From Eledone cirrhosa (taxonomy: Eukaryota), in assembly GCA_964016885.1 (NCBI GenBank), contig OZ024751.1:47430001-47494000 (forward strand): a stretch of DNA of 64,000 nucleotides, read 5' to 3'. Both the position numbers and the translations under genes were made by a program. Below, piece by piece: positions 39,391 to 51,209 of this stretch. Numbering within the stretch: position 1 is the first letter of the stretch; every line of letters begins with the position of its first letter. The notes below the pieces were generated by a model. It searched no databases and was not told the origin of the DNA. It saw only the letters and a program-made list of their open reading frames with translations.

Positions 39391-41311
39391 TAGGGTCGAC
39401 CATGGTTACCTGGATGCGGTGCTAGCGGCGGCAGGCTTCGGACCCGTTTTCAGGGGCTGGATCACTGCTATGCACAGCAGCCGCATCTGCTCTAGGGTCA
39501 AGGTGAACGGCTACCTCTCGGAGCCGTTCAAAATCGCGCGGTCCATCCGACAAGGGTGCCCTCTCTCCTCCCTTCTGTATGTGTTGACTCTCAAGCCACT
39601 ACTGCGGAAGTTGGAGTTGTTGCAGGGCATCCCTTTGGAACCGGGATTGCGGAAAGCGGTGTCGGCCTACGCCGATGACGTGACAGTAATGGTGTCGACG
39701 GCCTCCGAAATCGAGGCGGTCGGCACCTTACTGGAGGAGTACGAAAAGTTCACAGGGGCTAAGCTGAACCGGGACAAGTCGATCGGTTTGCAACTCGGCA
39801 CGTGGAGGGGCAGACCGATGCCCTCCGATAGCGTCGTCGGACGCTGGACGGAGGGCCCGGTGAAGTTGCTCGGGGTCTGGTTCGGACCGGACCTCCAGGT
39901 GGAGAAAAACTGGGCGGAGGTTACGAACAGGGTGTTTGCACTGACCCAGAAGTGGGCCAGTTGCAAACTATCCCTGAAAGGTCGGGCGGAGGTGGCGAAC
40001 ACCTACATAGCGTCCGTCATCTACTACCGCCTGACCGTAGTGCCCTGCCCAAGGGAAACCCTCACCAAGATGGAGCGCGCGCTCTTCCAATTCCTTTGGA
40101 AGAGGCGGGCTCCTATGGTGAGGAGATCCATCTGTTGTCAACACCCTTCGAAAGGAGGGCTGGGGATGCCGTGGCTAATGATGCGTAAACACGCATTAAG
40201 GCTACGGCACCTCTACGTATTCCTCACCGGACAACCGGTGTGGGCCTCGTTTGTGAGACGAACCTTTCCCAGACTCGTCTCACTCACCGAGCTGCAATCC
40301 TGGGTCAAGCAAAGACCGAGAAAACTGGGCGCCTGGCACACTGAGTGTGCCCAGGCGCTCACCGCCCTCTGGCAGGTGGATCCGGTTATCAGTGGAGACT
40401 CCACCGCAACATTCTATAGAGGGCTGGTACGCAGCAGGTGCGACGACGCCCTCGGAGAAGCCCTAGACATGGAGGAGGACGAACTGGCCAGCCTGTTCGG
40501 TAGGACATTCAGCCCGGGACCTATGGACAACTTCCAGAAGTCCCTGGCCTGGCAGTGCTACCGAGGGGCTTTACCCGTTCGAGAAAAGCTCTACAGACAC
40601 GGGCGCCCGGGTAGGGACCCCGCCAAAAAGATCTGTCCCAGATGCGTGTGCGACGAGGAAACCGTTGCACACGCATTAGTACACTGCTCGGGCGTAGCCG
40701 ATCTGTGGGGCTATGTCGAACAACTGCTGTCAAGGGTGGGACCGATCCGGTTGACCACCGAGTCTATTGTAATGATCAAGCCGCCTCCCCCTTTCAAAGA
40801 TGAAGCAGAGGCGGTGTTTCTGTGCGTAATAGCCATGGCGAAAGAGGTTGTATGGTGGACGCGTCTGAAAGGACTGAGGTCGGGCACCTTTCTCTCTGGC
40901 CAACAACTGGTCCGTTTCTTCCGATATCATTTCGGAAGAAGGATCAGGATGGAGAGAGAGGTGCTGCACCCCAGCCGTTTCTATGAAAGATGGGTGAAAG
41001 TGGCGAGAATGGCCCGTGTGAATGGGCCTTCACTCTACATCAGACTATAGGTGAGGAAGATGAAAGACCAAGGGAGCACCCCTTCTCTGTGCTCCTGAGG
41101 AGAAGGGTTGCACACTTTTTTCGGGGGTGTGTGCGACCCCCCAAGGCGCCTCCTCTCTATTGAGGATTTTGTTAAAAATTTTATTTTTTGTTATATCTTA
41201 TTTATTTTTATATTTTGTTATTGCCTCCTCCTTATTGAGGACGCCTTTTTGTGTAAACTCCCCCCTTTGTACTTGTCCCACTTTTGATGCCCTAGTGGCA
41301 AATAAAAGAAA
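39391..41311 (+). mobile_element. Tx1 LINE copy D (RT plus zf-RVT, 5'-truncated)
   Basis: ORF 39419-41050: RSIRQGCPLS, SAYADD, KLLGVWF, GGLGMP, CPRC..ETVAHALVHC. Confidence 0.93.
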
Positions 41312-41313
41312 TA

Positions 41314-41406
<93 letters not shown>

Positions 41407-41759
41407 ATATAACCATCATACAGCGAATTTACCTACATACCTATTTGCGTTTTGTTTTGCTCACCCCGATTAAGGCAATAAATCCACTAAAATGGAAAGT
41501 GTTATTAAGAAGGGAAAAAGGACATGACAGAGAGAACATTATTCAAGGAGAAGATTATCTATCTATACACATATATACATATTCAACTATACATATATAC
41601 AACTAGACACATATAAAATATACAAATATACACATATACGTACACACACGTACGCATACATACATATACAGATATAAATCTATACAAATATACACATTTA
41701 CAAACATACACATATACAGATATCCACATCTAATATACATCTTAAAAATATACACATAT

Positions 41760-42190
41760 ACAAATATACACATATTCGTACACTCACGTTAACGTGCATA
41801 CATATAGAAATATACACATATACAAATAAACAGACATACACCTATAAAAATATACACATATACAAATATAGACATATTCGTACACACACGTTAACGTGCA
41901 TACATATAGAAATATACACATATACAAATACACAGACATACACCTATAAATATATACACATATACAAATATACACATATTCGTACACACACGTTAACGTG
42001 CATACATATAGAAATATACACATATACAAATACACAGATATACACCTATAAATATATACACATATACAAATATACACATATTCGTACACACATGTTAACG
42101 TGCATACATATAGAAATATACACATATACAAATACACAGATATACACCTATAAATATATACACATGTACAAATAGACACATATTAGTACA
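41760..42190. repeat. 102-bp tandem repeat, ~4 copies
   Basis: GTTAACGTG at 41788, 41890, 41992, 42094. Confidence 0.85.
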
Positions 42191-42299
42191 CACAGACACA
42201 CAGACATGTATACATACGTACACGTACACATACACAGAGGCATATATATATATATTTATACCATGGGATAACATTTCTTGTGATAGTCTCAATAAATAA

Positions 42300-42480
42300 G
42301 TGTTTCTACGTTTGGCACAAGGCCAGCAATTACCCAGTGCATTACTGGTACTTTATTTTATCGACCCCGTAAGGATGAAAGGCAAAGTTAACCTCGGCGG
42401 AATTTGAACTCAGAATGGCAAGGGTCGTAACTCTATACGTCAAATATGGCGTCCGACCCTCTACCAATACTGCCAATCCA
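42300..42480 (-). mobile_element. tRNA-derived SINE with 17-bp TSD
   Basis: TSD ATAGTCTCAATAAATAA at 42283 and 42480. Confidence 0.9.
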
Positions 42481-42839
42481 TAGTCTCAATAAATAATAGC
42501 CGGTTGATTTACCTACAGTTCTGTGAGACCAAGAGCCGGGTAGGCTTAATATGAAACCTTATAATCATTATCTCACAGTATAGCCAATAGCTACTTACTA
42601 TCACACGTAATATCACACGCTAATATCACATCGTAATATCACATGTAATCTAATCTAAGATGAAATATATTTAATTTAATATGTAATGTAATATGTATAG
42701 GAATCAGGTGACTCTTGTTGAGACTTGTTGAGAAGGTTATTGCTCTCACGTGGGTGTAAAGTGAGATTTATATACACAACAGAACGAGATATGATTATAT
42801 ATAATTATATGCAATTACACACACACATATATATATATG

Positions 42840-42888
<49 letters not shown>

Positions 42889-42922
42889 ATATATGTATAT
42901 ATATGTATATATATATATATAC

Positions 42923-42979
<57 letters not shown>

Positions 42980-43121
42980 TATATGTATATGTATATATAT
43001 ATGTATATGTATATATATATGTATATATATATGTATATATATATATGTATATATATATATATGTATATGTATATATATATATGTATATATGTATATATAT
43101 ATGTATATGTATATATATATG

Positions 43122-43179
<58 letters not shown>

Positions 43180-43236
43180 CAAATATGTACTTGTATTTAT
43201 GTATATATATAAATGTATATATATATATATACATAC

Positions 43237-43288
<52 letters not shown>

Positions 43289-43370
43289 ATATGTATATGT
43301 ATATGTATATATATGTGTGTGTATGTATGTGTTGTGTGTATGCATTTATATATGTGTAAATATATATATA

Positions 43371-43405
<35 letters not shown>

Positions 43406-43461
43406 ATATATATATATATATATTTTTTTTCCTTTATATATATATATATATTTTTTTTTTC

Positions 43462-43504
<43 letters not shown>

Positions 43505-43847
43505 TATACATATACATATATATATATATATATGCATGTGTGTGTAGTGAGTACCTATGAATGTATATGTGTTTGTGTATGTACGTGTGTGCTGTGTATG
43601 TATGTGTGTGTTTATGCGTGTATTGGGTTGCATTATATAATAAATTGCAGTTTGATATACTAAACCAGTAATAATATAATCTTAATGAATTTAGACGTGG
43701 CTGCCATTGTTAGCCGTCACTATTTACACAATTGTTAAACAGGCAAGGCAGAAATGAAACGGTGCATTCGAATACACGTCCCCTCTAAAGTTAGAGACAA
43801 AGATTCATTTAGATAACACTGGCCAATATTAACTGTTACTACTGGTA

Positions 43848-44403
43848 GATTGGTGGTAGATTGGCAGTATCGGTAGAGGGTCGGACGCCATGCTTTCCAG
43901 CATAGTTACGTCCCTTTACGATCTGAGTTCAAATCCCGCCGAGGTTGACTTTGCCTTTCATCCTTACGGGGTCGATAAAATAAAGTACCAGTAATGCACT
44001 GGGTAATTGCTGGCCTTGTGCCTAAAGTAGAAACAATTATTTATTGAGACTATGGATTGGCAGTATTGGTAGAGGGTCGGACGCCATGCTTTCCAGCATA
44101 GTTACGTCCCTTTACGATCTGAGTTCAAATCCCGCCGAGGTTGACTTTGCCTTTCATCCTTACGGGGTCGATAAAATAAAGTACCAGTAATGCACTGGGT
44201 AATTGCTGGCCTTGTGCCTAAAGTAGAAACAAGTATCGGTAGAGGGTCGGACGCTATGCTTTGACGCATGGAGTTACAGCCCTTGCCATTCTGAGTTCAA
44301 ATCCCGCCGAGGTTAACTTTGCCTTTCATCCTTACGGAGTCGATAAAATAAAGTAGCAGTAATGCACTGGGTATTTGCTGGCCTTGTGCCAAAAGTAGAA
44401 ACA
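43848..44403 (+). mobile_element. Tandem SINE trimer within a single 20-bp TSD
   Basis: Three SINE units; ATTAACTGTTACTACTGGTA at 43828-43847 and 44404-44423. Confidence 0.88.
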
Positions 44404-44651
44404 ATTAACTGTTACTACTGGTAATTATAATAGAGATGCAGCTACAGCCTTATTTAGGATTTCCTAAGTGAAGTCTTTAATTAGAACATAACAATGAAGA
44501 CAAAATAAGGTTCGCCTTCATTTTAATATTTATGTTCAAGATATTACATTGAGTCTCGCATTGTCGTCTGCTGTCCGAGAGGAACTAAGGTTGGGTCTTT
44601 TTGAATGAGATCGACTCGTTCGTACACGAGTATATATATATATATATTAAT

Positions 44652-44910
44652 TGACTGAATCTTAACCATCTACTATGTCAGGGTATGTCATGCATCATCT
44701 TATTTTATCTGATGAGGACGTACTGTTGAACTTAAATCAGTACCTCTGAAATATGTGTAATAAAATATACTTGATCACAAGAATATCTATTTTGTTAATA
44801 TTTTGAATTAATATTAATAACTCTGGAAAACCTTTTTTTGTTGAGTGCTTCCAATCTATTGTAAAACTCATTCTTTGATGTATTCATTGAACCTTGTTTA
44901 ACTTTTAAAT
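44652..44910 (+). mobile_element. PLE pseudo-LTR fragment with HHR (44701-44767)
   Basis: Homologous to 25962-26118; CTGATGA...GAAA-TATGTG-TA-ATAAAATA; (TA)n flanks. Confidence 0.78.
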
Positions 44911-44912
44911 AT

Positions 44913-44946
<34 letters not shown>

Positions 44947-45004
44947 ATATATATATATATATATCTATATCTAATATATATATATATATAATACATATAG
45001 ATAT

Positions 45005-45190
45005 AATTGTTTCTACTTTAGGCACAAGGCCAGCAATTACCCCAGTGTATTACTAGTACTTTATTTTATCGACTCCGTAAGGATGAAAGTTAACCTCGGC
45101 GGGATTTGAACTCAGACCACAAAGGGCCGTAACTCTATGCTGCAAAGCATGGCGTCCGACCCTCTACCGATACTGCCAATCCACCGCCCT
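45005..45190 (-). mobile_element. tRNA-derived SINE
   Basis: Full head GGGCGGTGGATTGGCAGTATCGG plus core. Confidence 0.85.
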
Positions 45191-45269
45191 AATATATATA
45201 TATATATATATTATATATAATATATATATATATATATATTATATATAATATATATATATATATATACAT

Positions 45270-45805
45270 GGAAAGTTATATTTAAAATTGTTGGGTTACA
45301 ACTAGTAAATATTTATAACTGATATAAAAGCACTCGACAAATATTTGGAGTATATTTACAATATTAAATAAATGGAAACTATATTTATAAAACCATATTT
45401 ATTTCATTATATATATTTCGGGGATATCATATTAACAATATGCTATGCCTTCCTCAGACAAAATACAATATAAACAGTTTTATAGATAAATAGATTCGAC
45501 ATACCGTAACAACACCGACTTGCATTTGCAGAGGTTGAGCTGGCAGTGAAAAAATTTTACACAGAGAGAGAGAAAGAGAGAAAAAAGAAAAAAGAAAGAA
45601 AGACAGAAAACGAAGAAAAGGAAGAAAAAGAAGAAATGCAAGGAACAAAGTAGAGAGATGGAGAGATATATAAAGAGAAGAACTTCATGTAAAGAAACAG
45701 AAAGAGATATATATATATAGAGAGAGAGGAAATAGAGATAGATACATATATATATAGAAAATTAGGTAGTGGGAGGTCAGTTGAGTAAATGTATCAATGA
45801 TACAT

Positions 45806-45836
<31 letters not shown>

Positions 45837-48800
45837 GCTCTAGTATTAATGTAAGGGAGATATATATAGAGAGAAAGAATATATAGAGAGAAAAAATAGC
45901 GAGAGAAAAAATTTAAAAAATAGCCAGATATATTCGAGGCGTAAAAACCCTATGTTTTAATGTATTAGTATTTATAAAACTTCCACTATATTGTAAATAT
46001 CAGTATTCCTGAATGAGACAAGTATCCATAGTGTGTGAAAATTAATTATCTTATGTTTAGTTTTTAAAAAAATTCATATGTTTATGTGATAGCTACAAAC
46101 ATCCATGTGAATCCACATGATCAACTCTGCAAACTCTAAGTTCACGGAAAACATTCTCAATGTGGTATAAAAATTTGAGTATACATATATGCGTATTATT
46201 ATTCCTGTCTTTACTCTACAAGATTATCTATCAAGCAGAAATAGAGAGCAGATTTCAATATACTAATAAAAATATATATCAGAAACAAAACTAAAAAAAA
46301 ACAAAAAAAAAAAACAATAATAATAATAAGTAATAATAAAATAGAAAACTAAAAAAATATTACGAAAGAATATTACATATTAAAAATATTACATATTAAA
46401 AATTTACATATTAAAGATATTAAAAATAAAAATAAAAAATATTAGAAAATACTACAATAATAAAAAATAAAAATAAACCACAAAGATCAACCCTTCAAAA
46501 TTAATTGACAATATATTGCCAAGTTCATTATAAGCATCAGAGTCGAAAAACAGACAAAGCCAAAAATTATCTATCAAATCACATCTAGCAAAGATCATTT
46601 CAAAAAGTTTATGATGCCCAATTTGGTCTACATGTGTTCTTATATTTAATATAGAGGTTTATCTAGTGTAAGGTTTATTCAAAATATTTGGAGCATCAGC
46701 TTTTAGGGTAGCTTAATTTTTCATGAGGAATGTTTAAATAAAAATAAAATAAAAATAAACAATAAAAAAGAATAAAAAGAAGGAATCAAAGATTTATCGG
46801 CTAGTTTCCCATATAAATATAAATCAAACTAAATATACTACATTTTAAATTTAAATTTATATTTAAACGTTGAGTTTAATCTATGTTTGCAACAACTGAA
46901 TAAATTTGTCCGTAGATTAAGGGAATTTTTAGATTTTAGTATAAAGAATATCTCCTCTGCGCAGAGGTCACATGTCTCAGAGGATGAATTAAAAGGAATC
47001 CCTCTTGAGACTATATTCCAAGCCGTCGAATATCTAACGTTATCTAGCTTAAGTTGCCAGAGTACGCCTGATAGTGCCGTTGAAGATTTTTTGCTTGGAT
47101 CTGTGAAAGAATTCTTGTGGTTATTATAGCGAAGTTTAAATTCCGTCGATGTGGAACCGACGTAGTTAAAAGAATTAGAGTCAGTATTAACATTACAATT
47201 GTATACTATATTTTTAACTAAGCAGTTGTTATTTAACGGACATTTAGATCTATCTCTACAGTTACATTTGTTAACTTGTATATTATTTATGCTATTATCA
47301 CTAGTTTTTAAGTTCCTATTATTTATTCTATTAATATTTTGTGCTAAATTTTTGGTGGATGAGTAGGTTAATTTAATTGTATGCCTATTGAAAATTGAGT
47401 GATACCTATGTGTTCTATGGAAGCGATTATCAAGAGCTTTGAAAAATAGTTTGGCGATGTGGGTTTTAATGTTTAGTGAGAAAGGGGGGGCAAACCAAAT
47501 TATGTTCCTAGTTCTATTTCTTTTTTGGCCTTTGGAATTATTGTAATGCTTTCTATTATAGTTGTTAAGGTTGTTGCCGTAATTAAAAAAGTTGTTACTT
47601 TGTTTAGTTTGTCTATCATTATCTATGTACACAATCTTATCAGCATATCCTGCTCTAGCTAATGCTTCATTATAGTATTGGGCCTTTTCGTCGAAAATCT
47701 TTCTATTCGACGAGATCCTAGAGATACGTTTTTGAACAGAGTTTACAATAGTGTTTTTGACAGATCTGGGGTGGTTAGAGTTAAAGTTGACATAGTTTAA
47801 GTTTTCATTCAACTTGTGAAAAGGATAGTGGAGACATGTGTTGAGATTTAATGTTATATTTAGGAAATTGACTATTCTATGGTTGTTCTCAATTTCTATT
47901 TTAAGATTAAAGTAATTAAAAATTTTGTAATTTGTTTACATTTTCTATTTAGTTCAGGGTTATTATTATTAATAAGTAAAAGCATGTCATCTCTATATAA
48001 ACCTCCGGTAGTACCAGGTATTTTCCTATGTAGCGAATTGATTAAAAATAAGCCCACAAGGTCAGTTACCTGAGCTGAGTCGGATGATCCCATAGTTATG
48101 TCAAAATTGCTATCTCCATCTGCTCTGGTCCATAATTTGTCATTAAATTCTATCAAAGTTTTCCTAGCCGATAATATAATATGCATTTCTTTGCTAGTTA
48201 GGTCAGTATGTTTGAATGCGTAATTTAGTGCCTTATTTAGTAGACTAGGGGTAATAGAAGAATAATAGTTAGCTATATCAAGTTGAATAAACCTATTATT
48301 ATTGTTATATTTAATTTGCTTAAACCACTCAACAACCTCTCCAGTTCCCTTCCACAAGCTCAGGTTAGATACACAATCCAAGTTCTTAATTTGCTGTATC
48401 ACCCTGTCAAGAATGTTTTTGCTTAATTTGCCCAGGTCCGATTTTGATGGTGCGATCAATCTAACTGGCAGGTCATTTTCAAAATTCCTCTTGTGATCCT
48501 TCATATTGATCTTCGGTTTCCTGGGCACGAAAGGTTGTGTTCTGTTCTCAATTTCCAACTCGTGCATTATACAAGATGCTTCGACATTCATTTTCTCAAG
48601 TTCGGCCTTATCTGCTACCTTGTACTTTTTCCTCAGCTCTTTCAGTATGAGGCCATTATACATGACTTTCTGCACTCCATAGAGGTTGTTGGTCTTGTCA
48701 GATTTCACCAAGATCTTCTCAGTTTTCTCTAAGCTCTCAATGTTATCCTTAATGCCTTTCAGATATTCCTGGCCTTTGAAGTTTCTCTTGAATTTGACCC

Positions 48801-49268
48801 CTTATAAATAAATGTATCATTGATACATTTACTCAACTGACCTCCCACTACCTAATTTTCTATATATATATATGTATCTATCTCTATTTCCTCTCTCTCT
48901 ATATATATATATCTCTTTCTGTTTCTTTACATGAAGTTCTTCTCTTTATCTATCTCTCCATCTCTCTACTTTGTTCCTTGCATTTCTTCTTTTTCTTCCT
49001 TTTCTTCGTTTTCTGTCTTTCTTTCTTTTTTCTTTTTTCTTTTTTCTCTCTTTCTCTCTCTCTGTGTAAAATTTTTTCACTGCCAGCTCAACCTCTTCAA
49101 ATGCAAGTCGGTGTTGTTACGGTATGTCGAATCTATTTATCTATAAAACTGTTTATATTGTATTTTGTCTGAGGAAGGCATAGCATATTGTTAATATGAT
49201 ATCCCCGAAATATATATAATGAAATAAATATGGTTTTATAAATATAGTTTCCATTTATTTAATATTGT
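45270..49268 (-). mobile_element. Penelope-like element (Hydra-clade-like), 5'-truncated, with inverted pLTR copy
   Basis: RT 47896-48711 (QLDIANYYSSI, GLYRDD) frameshifted to GIY-YIG ORF 46838-47812 (CNC..KCPL..C, NIVY..YVGST..FKLRYNNH, CDLC); 45362-45830 inverted at 48805-49268; clade name is from recall. Confidence 0.85.
49161..49226 (+). ncRNA. Hammerhead ribozyme in pLTR (mirror copy ~45400-45465 on minus)
   Basis: TATTTTGT-CTGAGGA-stem II-GAAA-TATATA-TA-ATGAAATA. Confidence 0.72.
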
Positions 49269-49337
49269 ATATATATATATATATATTTACTCTTTTACCT
49301 GATTCAGCCATCCGGCTGAGGCCATGCTGGGGCACCG

Positions 49338-49415
<78 letters not shown>

Positions 49416-49419
<4 letters not shown>

Positions 49420-49845
49420 AAAGAATAGAGGTGTAACACACAAGTTATTATATATTGGTAAACGGAATAGAAAATGCTGACAAATTGTTCACAGTTGAAA
49501 AATGGTTTAATTAGGAATAAAAGAGTATTAGTGATTGTATGGGTTAGTATTCAGTTGTGGTTTAAAGTTTTTAAGTTTTTACAGGTTGCGCATTTCTAAA
49601 TGCTTTTCAAAAATAATTTTGAGATAGAGTGTCCGTGCTGTTTGCTCTGATCAGAGCAAACAGCACGGACACTCTATCTCAAAATTATTTTTGAAAAGCA
49701 TTTAGAAATGCGCAACCGGTAAAAACTTAAAAACTTTAAACCACAACTGAATACTAACCCATACAATCACTAATACTCTTTTATTCCTAATTAAACCATT
49801 TTTCAACTGTGAACAATTTGTCAGCATTTTCTATTCCGTTTACCA

Positions 49846-49851
<6 letters not shown>
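49416..49851. mobile_element. ~400-bp spacerless palindrome (PLE-like fold-back)
   Basis: Centre CTGA|TCAG at 49650/49651; one mismatch; degenerate HHR TTGAAAA-GCATTT/AAATGC-GCAA-CCGG-TA. Confidence 0.8.
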
Positions 49852-49913
<62 letters not shown>

Positions 49914-50181
49914 ATATATATATATATATATATATTATATATAATATATACATCATATATATATATATATATTATATATAATATATATATATATCATATA
50001 TATATATTATATATAATATATATATATATCATATATATATATATATTATATATAATATATATATATATATATATATTATATATAATATATATATCATATA
50101 TATATATATATATTATATATAATATATATATATATCATATATATATATATATATTATATATAATATATATATATATCATAT

Positions 50182-50212
<31 letters not shown>

Positions 50213-50819
50213 CATATATATATATATCATATATATATATATAATATATAATATATATATATATATATCATATATATATATATATTATATATAATATATA
50301 TATATATATATCATATATATATATATCATATATATATATATATATATGAAAGACGATTAAACTGCAGATTTTTATGAGCACACAATCCTAGACTTGAACA
50401 TACAAATACGTGCATCCGCACACAAGCCTAAACGTAAACAGAAACACAGTCATACGCACGCCTACGTGCGTTTGTGCGATTTTCAATTACAAACCTGAAA
50501 ACCAATACATTTATATGAAAAATGAAGAATTTTGTAAACAAAACTTGTTAATAATAAAGAAACACGTATCTTTATTGAATGAATTATATTTGAAATGGAG
50601 CTGGCTTGTATGAAATTCATAACTACATACAGACGAACGCAAACCCACACACAACTACACACGCACACACATGAATACACACACGAATACACCCGCACAC
50701 ACTTGAACACTCTCGCCCACATGAAGACACAAGCAAATATATATACATATATATATATATACAGTTATATGTATGCATTTCTCCCTCGCCATCTCTCTCC
50801 GTCTCTCTCTCTCTCTCGC

Positions 50820-50931
<112 letters not shown>

Positions 50932-51147
50932 AATGTATATATAACTATATGTATATATATATACAAACACACACATATATATATGCGGAAATCTCAAACG
51001 CAGAAAACAGCTGTAACAACAGTTGATCGCTACAAATAATAGCTTAAGAAAATGGCATAAAATATTCCTAAAGCCAGAAAACATTTTTCTGCTTCTAGGT
51101 ATATCTTTCCTGTAGTTTACCTGAGCGATTGCTCTAACAATTATTTT

Positions 51148-51209
<62 letters not shown>

